This document shows positions 18,524-26,698 of a stretch of DNA of 32,000 nt, in pieces. Under the pieces are notes generated by a model. It was given only the letters and a program-made list of their open reading frames with translations, was not told the DNA's origin and did no database searches. The stretch covers positions 90,001-122,000 of the forward strand of contig NZ_CP006867.1 in NCBI RefSeq assembly GCF_001481685.1, given 5' to 3'. The number at the start of each line of letters is the position of its first letter. The first letter of the stretch is position 1. The stretch comes from Ignicoccus islandicus DSM 13165 (GTDB taxonomy: Archaea; Thermoproteota; Thermoprotei_A; Sulfolobales; Ignicoccaceae). The translations under genes and the position numbers were made by a program.

Positions 18524-19183
18524 TTGCACAGAAGACCTCATAGGAGACATCACCCCCATTCCCCCCTATCTTGGCTTCAAGTGGTTAGAGTACTTGACTT
18601 CATGCCTCAAGGTAACCCTTTAGACCATCACGCTGAGCATAGGTCCAGGCCTTTCGCTCAAGCGTTAGATGAAACCAAGTTAAAGTTAATAGAATTTGGT
18701 GTAAAGGAAGGCTCGAGTTTAAAGATAGGCGAGAGGGTATCGTTCAGACCGCTGGATGAGAGGATCATTCCGAGAGTATATTTGATAAAGTACGAGGACC
18801 TCTCAACAGTAGCTCAAGAGAACCTTCCCGAGGTGCTTCGGAACTTCGTGAAGGATAACGAGAAGCTCTTCGTTACGTTCTTGAACGTTGCAAGCCCGAT
18901 AACCCTTAAGTTCCATGCATTAGAACTACTCCCTCATATAGGAAAGAAGACTCTCAAGCAAATACTTGAGGAAAGGGAAAGGAAGCCCTTTGAGAGTTTC
19001 GAGGACTTCGAGAAGAGGACGGGATATAAGGACATAGTTGAAGGCATTGTTGAAAGAATACTCAAAGAACTCCAAGGTGGTGAGAAATACTACCTGTTCG
19101 TCGAGCCTCCGCCTAGAAGCAATGCAGTGTTTCTGAATTACCTCGAAAAGGTGAGATCCATTGCGCGATCTGGTTCTAAGTGA
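18524..19183 (+). CDS. Predicted OB-fold/HhH nucleic-acid-binding protein (DUF655/COG1491-like)
   Basis: VRVLDFMPQGNP...RPFAQAL near the N-terminus and a C-terminal ...PHIGKKTLKQILEERERKPFESFEDFEKR helix-hairpin-helix-like segment. From memory, this family sits directly upstream of ksgA in many archaea, as it does here. The start is uncertain: TTG 18524 (TTAATAAA box at 18484-18491) or GTG 18581. Confidence 0.6.
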   Translation: MHRRPHRRHHPHSPLSWLQVVRVLDFMPQGNPLDHHAEHRSRPFAQALDETKLKLIEFGVKEGSSLKIGERVSFRPLDERIIPRVYLIKYEDLSTVAQENLPEVLRNFVKDNEKLFVTFLNVASPITLKFHALELLPHIGKKTLKQILEERERKPFESFEDFEKRTGYKDIVEGIVERILKELQGGEKYYLFVEPPPRSNAVFLNYLEKVRSIARSGSK

Positions 19184-19925
19184 AATCGGAAAGCTTTCTT
19201 TTAGACCGAAGAAGTGGTTAGGTCAGAACTTCACGGTAGATCGAAGGATAATAGATTACTTCGTTTCCAACATCGAGCGATCTACTGAGGTCATAGAAAT
19301 AGGTACCGGTTTGGGTACGCTAACGCTAGCTCTAGCGGAGATATCTAAGCGCGTAATTACTATAGAAAGGGACGAGAGGCTTTGTAATTATTTAAAGAGG
19401 AAGTTGGAGAAGGTGAGTAACGTAACCTTAATTTGCGGCGATGCTTTGGAATATCCCTTTAATAAACCATGGGTTGTAGGTTCGATACCTTACAGCATAA
19501 GCGGACCCTTGCTAGCTAAGCTTTCAACGAGCTCTACGTGGGAGAAATCACTTCTATTACTTCAGAAGGACTTCGTTGATAGGATTACAGCGAGACCCGG
19601 TTCCAAAGATTACGGTAGACTAAGTGTGATGGTCCAATTGTGTTGCGAGATTGAAAAAGGTCCCGTGTGGCCCCCTAACTCCTTCTGGCCCCGGCCTCAA
19701 GTATTAAGTCAACACGTTCACCTCAAGAGGCTCGAGTCCGTACCAGAAGAGTTCTCCAAATTCCTTGCGTGTTTGTTTTCGCAGAAAAACAAGAAGCTAA
19801 GGAAAGTAGCGAGAAGTTGTGGGTTTGAATGGGACGACGATAGGAGAGTTAGAGAAGTGGAACCAAAGGAATTTCTACGCGTCTTTGAGAGAGTTTGGAA
19901 GTCAATCGACTTAATTGGGCCCTAA
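19161..19925 (+). CDS. rsmA: 16S rRNA (adenine-N6,N6)-dimethyltransferase KsgA/RsmA/Dim1
   Basis: KKWLGQNFTVD (LGQNFL motif) and the SAM-binding EIGTGLGTLT. 254 aa. The TTG start overlaps the upstream gene by 23 nt. Confidence 0.88.
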   Translation: MRDLVLSEIGKLSFRPKKWLGQNFTVDRRIIDYFVSNIERSTEVIEIGTGLGTLTLALAEISKRVITIERDERLCNYLKRKLEKVSNVTLICGDALEYPFNKPWVVGSIPYSISGPLLAKLSTSSTWEKSLLLLQKDFVDRITARPGSKDYGRLSVMVQLCCEIEKGPVWPPNSFWPRPQVLSQHVHLKRLESVPEEFSKFLACLFSQKNKKLRKVARSCGFEWDDDRRVREVEPKEFLRVFERVWKSIDLIGP

Positions 19926-19960
19926 CCTTTTATTTAATTCCGTGTATACATAGCTATTGA

Positions 19961-20377
19961 ATGGGGTCAAATTATATGTATTACAAAGAGTTCGACAATA
20001 TTGAAACAGCTATATCTTCTTGCAACGAATACTTAAACTCGTTAGAGATGGAATCTGAACTAATTGCTGGTGCCCTAGAGAAAGTTCAAGATGAGGGAGC
20101 GTACTTTCAGAAACTGAAGAAGGAATTAGGTGTAGAAGACAACAGAGCCATATTATTCAAAGAGATAGACGGCATTGAGGTTTATTTCGAACCTTCTCCG
20201 GAAGCCCTCGAAGAGGTCTTGAAGAAAAGGGCCGAGGTAGTGGAAAAAGAAATAGAAAAATGTAGGAAAGTATTATCAATCTTAGAAAGCATAAGGGAAA
20301 TTCCTTGGTCCTCCAATTTGAAAGTTACCATATTAATGGATCCAAGTGAGGCGAAACTTTTCTTCCGGACGAGGTGA
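19961..20377 (+). CDS. Hypothetical protein, predicted helical/coiled-coil
   Basis: 138-aa ORF, charged and heptad-like (EALEEVLKKRAEVVEKEIEKCRKVLSILE). TTTTATTTAA box about 25-30 nt upstream of the ATG. No motif recognised. Confidence 0.45.
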   Translation: MGSNYMYYKEFDNIETAISSCNEYLNSLEMESELIAGALEKVQDEGAYFQKLKKELGVEDNRAILFKEIDGIEVYFEPSPEALEEVLKKRAEVVEKEIEKCRKVLSILESIREIPWSSNLKVTILMDPSEAKLFFRTR

Positions 20378-20383
20378 TAACCA

Positions 20384-21373
20384 ATGAAGCTCTCACCGGA
20401 ACTCGATAGGACATCCAGGATTTTCGTTGACACTCTTTCTCGACTTTACGTGCTTACGAACCTTCGATTCAAGGACCTCGTTAAATATAAGGCCATAGAA
20501 TTAATAGAGCGAGTTACCGGAAATTGCGTTGCCTTTCGCATACCATCGCTGGGTGGTTACGTGGTGTCTTGCCAAGGCGAAGTCGTTGCTGCATCCCTCA
20601 AAGATCCACCAGCCTTAGGGAGCCAAGCGATAGCGTTTCTAGGTGAAGAAGAGTTCGAGATTGTAATATATGAATTACCCCGGGAGAGTTTCGAGAAGGC
20701 TTTGAAACTGCTTGACGGTATAACGGTAAATGAGGAACAGTTAGAGGAATTCAAAGGGAAGCTAGCAGAGATACTCGAGAAAGTGCTCTCGAAGGAAGCC
20801 AAGTCCGAGGAGAAGGAAGCAATCGAAATTCCCGAAGTGATTTCCCAAGCCCCACCGCTAGAAGTACTTGATTTAATAGACCTCGTAACCATTTCGGACG
20901 AAATAGCCTATTTCTTGTCAAAGAACGGAATCGAGGCTGAGAGTCAGACGCCAGAAGAAGTGAACGGAATGATGGTGGCAGTCATAAAAATTAAGGAACC
21001 GTCCGTCGATCTAAGGAGCTTATTCGAAAAGCTCTACGAAGCGAGTAAGAGGGCCGAGTTAAAATCTCTACTAAAGGTCATTACGAGCGATGGGAGGACT
21101 TATTATTTCGATAGCGTAACTTACGACACGGTCTTGAAGATATTGGATCGCTTCGGAATAAACGAATCACCATTGCTGTATATAGAATCGAATGGCGAGG
21201 CCGTCCTCAATATAATCTTAGAATCGAAGATATGGCAGAACCTAATACCTCGAATGGTCGCATCTATAACGTCCGCCCTTTCAACGAGGAACTTTCCATG
21301 GAAAAGGACTTACGTGAAGGTAAGACTGGGTGATTTAGAACTCACTGGTGAAATAATTCCTCAATCTAAGTAA
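20384..21373 (+). CDS. Hypothetical protein
   Basis: 329-aa ORF starting 6 nt after the previous stop (probable co-transcription). Acidic central linker (EEQLEEFKGKLAEILEKVLSKEAKSEEKEAIEIPE). No motif recognised. Confidence 0.5.
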   Translation: MKLSPELDRTSRIFVDTLSRLYVLTNLRFKDLVKYKAIELIERVTGNCVAFRIPSLGGYVVSCQGEVVAASLKDPPALGSQAIAFLGEEEFEIVIYELPRESFEKALKLLDGITVNEEQLEEFKGKLAEILEKVLSKEAKSEEKEAIEIPEVISQAPPLEVLDLIDLVTISDEIAYFLSKNGIEAESQTPEEVNGMMVAVIKIKEPSVDLRSLFEKLYEASKRAELKSLLKVITSDGRTYYFDSVTYDTVLKILDRFGINESPLLYIESNGEAVLNIILESKIWQNLIPRMVASITSALSTRNFPWKRTYVKVRLGDLELTGEIIPQSK

Positions 21374-21375
21374 AG

Positions 21376-21951
21376 CTACTTGGAAAAGATACTCTTTATC
21401 TTTAGTATTAGTAAGGTTATGAAGCCCGGCTTTGAGCCGTCTGGTAATATGTATTTTCCGCACTTCGGACATTGCTTAATTGAAACGTCAGCTCCGCAAT
21501 TCCAACACCTCTTCACGTTGTAAGTTAAACTGCTTCCGCACTTCGGACACTTGTATACCTCGAAGGTTAGGTCTGCGCCACAGTGCTGGCAAATTATTCT
21601 GATGCCTTTCACTAAGTTTTCAATCAATTTTTCTATAAGTTTATCAAGTACGTAATCGTATTTTACGGTTAGTATGAATTTGTCGTAGGGGAAGATATAT
21701 ATTCTGTTAGTATTATCCTTTAGGAAAACCTTCATCCAAGCGGGGGTGCCAAGATCTACCTCTTTTGAAATTTGTTGGAGTTCCGTAAAGAGCGAGTGAG
21801 AGATTGCTGCTATGTATTCAGCTCCTTGTCTTTGAATCCCGGCAGCTTTGAAAGGGAGACCTTCACTGCTAACGGAAACGTAGCTTATGCCCCTTAGTTT
21901 ACTAACGCTGTCAACGAACTTACTTATCCTGTCTTCAGAACTCGAACTCAT
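21376..21951 (-). CDS. Roadblock/LC7 (MglB-like) domain protein fused to a C-terminal double zinc ribbon
   Basis: The N-terminal region of about 120 aa (GISYVSVSSEGLPFKAAGI...AEYIAAISHSLFTELQQISKEV...) fits the Roadblock/LC7 pattern. The C-terminus has four CxxC pairs (CQHC..CPKC, CWNC..CPKC), giving two zinc ribbons, followed by a hydrophobic tail. Confidence 0.6.
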   Translation of the reverse strand: MSSSSEDRISKFVDSVSKLRGISYVSVSSEGLPFKAAGIQRQGAEYIAAISHSLFTELQQISKEVDLGTPAWMKVFLKDNTNRIYIFPYDKFILTVKYDYVLDKLIEKLIENLVKGIRIICQHCGADLTFEVYKCPKCGSSLTYNVKRCWNCGADVSIKQCPKCGKYILPDGSKPGFITLLILKIKSIFSK

Positions 21952-22037
21952 AACTTAGTGCCCATTCGTCAATTACGTTCGGACCTAGTTAAATAATTAA
22001 CTTAAAATACGAAACGCGTAGATAGGGTAAGGAAACT

Positions 22038-22955
22038 ATGGAGGAATTAGTACGGAAACTAGAAGAACTTCGAAAGAAGAGAAGAGCTTTCATATTAGCA
22101 CACAATTACCAACTCCCGGAAGTTCAAGACGTTGCGGACTACGTTGGAGATAGCCTGGAAATGGCGAGGGTCGCCAAGGAAGTCGATAGCGACGTAATAG
22201 TAGTAGCCGGGGTTAGGTTCATGGCCGAAGTGGCCAAAGTCCTGAACCCAGATAAGGTGGTACTTCATCCGGAGCCAGCGTCCGGCTGTCCGTTGGCAGA
22301 CTACATGACGGTTGAGGTCATAAAGAGGTTCAAGGAACTGTACCCTAATGCCCCCCTTGTAACTTACGTTAATTCGCCGATAGAAGCTAAGGCGCTAAGC
22401 GATATAGTAGTGACCAGCGCCTCTGCGCTAAAGGTCGTCTCAAAGCTTGAAGACGAAGTAGTTCTCTTTGGTCCAGATAAGAACCTAGCTTGGTACGTTT
22501 CTCAACGAGTAGATAAGGAAGTGGTGCCCGTTCCTCCTTGGGGTAGATGTCCCGTCCACGAGTACTTGGTATCCCCCTATTACCTTAGGAAAGCTAAGGA
22601 GAAACACCCCGGTTGTAAGCTCTTGGTTCATCCGGAAGCGCCTCCAAAGAGTCAAGAAATGGCCGACTTCATAGGTAGCACCAGTCAAATGCTGAAGGCT
22701 ATAGGCGAGCTGGGGGCGGAGTGCTACATACTAGGTACAGAAGAGGGATTGAGCTATAGAGCGAGGAAGCTTTATCCGAATGTTGAGGTATATCCGCCGG
22801 ATAACAGGACGATATGTATAGATATGAAGAAAATTACCCTCGATAAAATAGTTAAGAGCTTGGAAACATTGAAACCTCAAGTTAAAGTAGACGAATCAAT
22901 AGCTAAAAGGGCCTTAGAGGCCATTGAGAAGGGATTGGAGCTAGCTACTAAGTAA
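22038..22955 (+). CDS. nadA: Quinolinate synthase NadA
   Basis: ILAHNYQLPEVQDVADYVGDSLEMA, FMAE, CPLADYM and HPE blocks with conserved Cys ligands. 305 aa. Confidence 0.9.
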   Translation: MEELVRKLEELRKKRRAFILAHNYQLPEVQDVADYVGDSLEMARVAKEVDSDVIVVAGVRFMAEVAKVLNPDKVVLHPEPASGCPLADYMTVEVIKRFKELYPNAPLVTYVNSPIEAKALSDIVVTSASALKVVSKLEDEVVLFGPDKNLAWYVSQRVDKEVVPVPPWGRCPVHEYLVSPYYLRKAKEKHPGCKLLVHPEAPPKSQEMADFIGSTSQMLKAIGELGAECYILGTEEGLSYRARKLYPNVEVYPPDNRTICIDMKKITLDKIVKSLETLKPQVKVDESIAKRALEAIEKGLELATK

Positions 22956-23417
22956 ATTGCTCAGTAGTTCCCTAACGTTACCCAACAGCTTGTTCCTCTC
23001 CCCTAGAGTTTTGAACGAATACGCAACTTCTTGAGAGGACGAGAGCTTTGGAGGCCTAGTTCCTATGATCAAGGCCCTTTCAGTTACTATTTCGCAATCC
23101 AATAGAGGCGCGTAACTCGAACTTAAGTTCGTAATAACGAGGTCCCAAGGCCCCCTTACTTCATTGCATCTCCGTCTGACCTTTTCCTTTAGTTCAATTA
23201 GTTCCATTTCGTTCAAGTCCTTTACGTAACTATCGTATGGTTCTATTGTCTCATCGCACCTTATTAGACCGTATTTAGCGCTAAGTACGTAACAATGAAG
23301 GCCCATTTCCTCGGCTAGTCGGAATAGGTTCCTAACTGATCCCATGTAAATCTCTTTTGCGGGACCTCTGAAACTTCTTTTCCGCTTCGTGCAGTTGGTA
23401 ATCACCAATCCATTCAT
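22941..23417 (-). CDS. Conserved hypothetical protein (pattern reminiscent of the DUF6884 family)
   Basis: 158 aa. The pattern ITNCTKRK...PAKEIYMGSVRNLF...YVLSAKYGLIRCDETIEPYDSYV matches, from memory only, a widespread uncharacterised family (C-[ST]-x-x-K ... LSA.yGL ... PYD). It overlaps the nadA 3' end by 15 nt (convergent). Confidence 0.45.
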   Translation of the reverse strand: MNGLVITNCTKRKRSFRGPAKEIYMGSVRNLFRLAEEMGLHCYVLSAKYGLIRCDETIEPYDSYVKDLNEMELIELKEKVRRRCNEVRGPWDLVITNLSSSYAPLLDCEIVTERALIIGTRPPKLSSSQEVAYSFKTLGERNKLLGNVRELLSNLLSS

Positions 23418-23501
23418 ACGTACTTTCTACCCCCTTTAGTTAACTGGGCTGAAAAGTACTATTTTAAACCGGGGTAATATCCCAAATATGGAGAAGAATC
23501 A

Positions 23502-24125
23502 ATGGAAATCAATCTATTTAATGACTATGAAATTTTCAATAAAGTTTTCAACGAGTTACTGAAGGTCGATGAAGGTAAGGTAACGCCGGAGGAGGCGGAG
23601 GAAGTAATTAAGAAGTACTTAGCTAACGTTAAAGTAAACTGCATGAAAATTAGGATGATCAGGTACCAAGCCAGAATTTCTCTAGATTATAAGTTAGCGT
23701 ACGACGCGGTAGTTCAATCGATTATTGAGGAACTAGTTAAGATATTCAAGTCAGTGAGCAACCCCCCCCCCATAGACGTTAATAAAGAAAGCGAGATCAA
23801 TAAGCTTAGGAAGCTCTTATACAATATACTGAACGATCTCTTTCAATGCGTTATAATGACTGTGGGATCACCTAAGAAGATATGGGAATACGTAGAAGAC
23901 CCTCGTAAAAGGAAATTATTGGATGAGATATGTGTTTTCCCTACTCTAGTAAATTACATATATCCGTCTTATAAGGACGGGTTCAAGCGGTTAACCTTAA
24001 CCCTATATATACTATTAGCTGTAATATTCTATGCAAATAGGAAATGCTTGGAAGACGTCAACGTTCACGAAATGAGGCTAGCTGAGTTATTGCCCCTTCT
24101 TGCGATTACGCTTGAGGGAAGGTGA
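23502..24125 (+). CDS. Hypothetical protein with C-terminal hydrophobic segment
   Basis: 207-aa ORF, helical, with LTLTLYILLAVIFYA as a TM-like segment. It contains a C10 homopolymer (23762-23771) read as Asn-Pro-Pro-Pro. Confidence 0.4.
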   Translation: MEINLFNDYEIFNKVFNELLKVDEGKVTPEEAEEVIKKYLANVKVNCMKIRMIRYQARISLDYKLAYDAVVQSIIEELVKIFKSVSNPPPIDVNKESEINKLRKLLYNILNDLFQCVIMTVGSPKKIWEYVEDPRKRKLLDEICVFPTLVNYIYPSYKDGFKRLTLTLYILLAVIFYANRKCLEDVNVHEMRLAELLPLLAITLEGR

Positions 24126-24128
24126 AAC

Positions 24129-25193
24129 TTGATAGAAATAGACGGATCCTTTGGAGAGGGAGGAGGTCAAATACTTAGAACGTCAGTTGCCCTCTCTGCT
24201 GTAACCTTGAGGCCCGTTAGAATATACAATATCAGAGCGAAGAGGAAGAACCCAGGACTTAGGAGACAGCACTTCACTGCTGTCAAAGCGTTAGCTGAAA
24301 TGACCGATGCCGAGGTCGAGGGACTCTCCGTAGGCTCTATGGAACTCACTTTTAAACCTAAGAGATTGAAGGGTGGGAAGTTTAGATTCGATATAGGTAC
24401 AGCCGGCAGCGTTAGCTTAGCCCTCCAAGCTATAACCCCCGTGACGGTCTTCGCTCCTTCTAGCGTTTCAGTGAGCTTGAGGGGAGGTACTGACGTTCCC
24501 ATGAGCCCTCCCATAGACTACCTACGCTTCGTTTACTATCCGATACTCTCTAACTTTGGTTTCAAAGCCGAACTTTACCTAAAGAAAAGGGGACACTATC
24601 CGAAGGGTGGGGGAGAGGTCGAGTACGTTGTAAGGAACCCTCCACGAGAATTAAGCAATTGGGGTAGCGTACACCGAGGAGAAGTCTTAAAGGTAAGGGG
24701 TCTATCCCATTGCGTGAAGCTCCCGAAACACGTGGCTGAGAGGCAAGCTAAGTCGGCCATAGAGTTCCTCAAGTCTAAAGGATTCGATAAAGTTGAGATA
24801 GACCTCGAGTGGTATCCACCGGATAGAGATCCCCATCTGGGGCCCGGGAGCGGTATCGTACTATGGGCTATAACCGAGAAGAGTTTGTTAGGAGGAGACT
24901 CCATAGGAGCTAGAGGTAAGAGGGCTGAAGTAGTAGGTAAGGAAGCAGCCGAGAAACTTTACGAGGACTTAAGTACGGGTATGGCTTTGGATAGGCACAT
25001 GAGCGATATGATACTGCCCTTCTCAGCGCTCTCGTGTGGTGAAGCTCAAATAGGCGGTTCCAAGTTGACTATGCACGCTTGGACCCATATTCATGTAATA
25101 AGGAAGATTCTCCCAGAGGCACGGATGGAGTTAAACGGTGAGTTGGGGAAACCGTTCAAACTAAAGGTTCAAGGAGCGTGTTGGAAGGTTTGA
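24129..25193 (+). CDS. rtcA: RNA 3'-terminal phosphate cyclase RtcA
   Basis: MIEIDGSFGEGGGQILRTSVALSA is the canonical RtcA N-terminus. A histidine-containing block (...KLTMHAWTHIHV...) lies near the C-terminus. 354 aa. TTG start 3 nt after the previous stop. Confidence 0.9.
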   Translation: MIEIDGSFGEGGGQILRTSVALSAVTLRPVRIYNIRAKRKNPGLRRQHFTAVKALAEMTDAEVEGLSVGSMELTFKPKRLKGGKFRFDIGTAGSVSLALQAITPVTVFAPSSVSVSLRGGTDVPMSPPIDYLRFVYYPILSNFGFKAELYLKKRGHYPKGGGEVEYVVRNPPRELSNWGSVHRGEVLKVRGLSHCVKLPKHVAERQAKSAIEFLKSKGFDKVEIDLEWYPPDRDPHLGPGSGIVLWAITEKSLLGGDSIGARGKRAEVVGKEAAEKLYEDLSTGMALDRHMSDMILPFSALSCGEAQIGGSKLTMHAWTHIHVIRKILPEARMELNGELGKPFKLKVQGACWKV

Positions 25194-25281
25194 GCAACCG
25201 GGAGTAACGCCCGAGCACCTCATTGTCCCTCTTCCCGAGGGCCTCCGCGGGCTTCTCGGACTAACCTTCGGAGAGGAGCGT

Positions 25282-26265
25282 TTAAACGTTAGGTATGCAT
25301 TTCTTACAACACTTAAACGAACCCTTCTCCTTCCACGAAACTTCGTCGTAAACCTTCCCGTAGAGTATTCCGCCTTTCCACGTCCCTTTCTGGTAGAAGG
25401 CGTTGTGGTGATAGTGGTAAACTTCCAGTGCGCTCAATGTCGAATAGGCCGTTTCTGGTCTGACCCTGACGATGACCGACTTGTTTTCCCAAGAAATGCC
25501 TACGTAGTGTTCTACGAGCTCTCCTATGAAATTCTCTATAACAAATACTAGTTCGGATTTCCATTTCAATTCCCATACTCTTCTTTCGCCCTTTATTCCG
25601 TCCGTTTTCTCTTCCGATTCCTCGCACGTTCCTAAGGGCTTCCTCAGTTGAGGTCTCCATACGTTCAGTACTTTAACGTCGCTTCCCCTCATTTGAGGTT
25701 CTACGAAGAGCTTAGCTAGAGGTAGCACTGTCGTTACTACTCTATCAATTACCTTAGAGGGGCTCTCTTGGGCCCTTTCTATATCTCTTAGCGCCCTTCG
25801 CGCTAACAACAAGTGAACGGGGCTTTCGACGCTTATTTTCAACTTACAAAGCTCGTTAAGAGGACCGTAAGACGCGAATATACCTTCTATTACCAACGGC
25901 CTCTTTAACTTTCTCTTATTATATCCAATCCTTCGGGAGAGAGTCATGTCGTAAACTGGTACGTTAACCTCTGTCTCTCCTCTAAGAGCATCCCTTACGA
26001 CCTTTAACAATAGCTCCCAATCCAGTAAAGCTGGATGATCGAAAGTGGAGAGAACGGAAGCCATCTTCTCGGCATCTGGTAAATAGAAATCGTCCGTGCT
26101 TAATACGCTTCCGTCCAATAGCTCAGCGATGTTGGTAGCGAGAGTACTCTTTCCAGAAGCGGACGGACCTACTATGCATATAACGTCTTCTTCATTGATG
26201 ACGTTAGCTACTACCTTGGCCGCTTCCCTTAAATCGGAGGTCTCAATCGAAATGCGCATTTTCAA
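25282..26265 (-). CDS. Uridine kinase/phosphoribulokinase-family P-loop protein with an extra C-terminal domain
   Basis: Walker A VGPSASGKSTLA, then STDDFY, FDHPALLDW, PVYDM, LVIEGIF, ARRALRDIERAQ and FVEP. These follow the Udk/PRK order and cover aa 30 to about 205. About 120 further residues (VWELKWKSELVF...HYHHNAFY...KCCKKC) have unknown fold. Confidence 0.7.
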   Translation of the reverse strand: MKMRISIETSDLREAAKVVANVINEEDVICIVGPSASGKSTLATNIAELLDGSVLSTDDFYLPDAEKMASVLSTFDHPALLDWELLLKVVRDALRGETEVNVPVYDMTLSRRIGYNKRKLKRPLVIEGIFASYGPLNELCKLKISVESPVHLLLARRALRDIERAQESPSKVIDRVVTTVLPLAKLFVEPQMRGSDVKVLNVWRPQLRKPLGTCEESEEKTDGIKGERRVWELKWKSELVFVIENFIGELVEHYVGISWENKSVIVRVRPETAYSTLSALEVYHYHHNAFYQKGTWKGGILYGKVYDEVSWKEKGSFKCCKKCIPNV

Positions 26266-26280
26266 TTAAACCCATCGAAG

Positions 26281-26673
26281 CTATATACCTCTCCTTAAGT
26301 ACTCCCCGAAGTCAAGCAAGTTCTTGACGTTTCCTTTAATTAGCTTCCCTAGTCCCAATAATACGCCTTCCCAGAAAACTAAAACGAAACCGCTTTTGCA
26401 AGGCCTCCTAACTAGTCTATAGGAATCTTTAAATAGGTCCCTTCCATATAAGAATAGCATTGCCTTTCTCTCCTCTTTTACCTCTATTAAGCCTCGCTTG
26501 GCGGTCCGCGATAACAACCAGATCCCTCCCGGCGTCACTTCGCCTTCGATTTCCACCGGGAAATGACCTCCGTCTATATAGGAGGCATAAGTTACCTTTC
26601 CTTCACGATGGAAGTTTAAGTAGTCAACCTTGGAGTCCAAACATTCCTTCAAAAACCAGAAAGACGGTCTCAA
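26281..26673 (-). CDS. PUA-domain RNA-binding protein (Nip7/UPF0113-like)
   Basis: The C-terminus GFVLVFWEGVLLGLGKLIKGNVKNLLDFGEYLRRG resembles the Nip7-type PUA end (...plGfG.....v.n..DiGEYLR). 130 aa. Confidence 0.5.
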   Translation of the reverse strand: MRPSFWFLKECLDSKVDYLNFHREGKVTYASYIDGGHFPVEIEGEVTPGGIWLLSRTAKRGLIEVKEERKAMLFLYGRDLFKDSYRLVRRPCKSGFVLVFWEGVLLGLGKLIKGNVKNLLDFGEYLRRGI

Positions 26674-26698
26674 AGGTCCTCGGCCCTCACACGGGTCA

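Noticed and set aside
24129-25193. Expectation of an rtcA-rtcB(-rtcR) operon
   Set aside because: No RtcB-like ligase or regulator is adjacent, so rtcA stands alone here. I therefore make no claim of a canonical Rtc repair operon.
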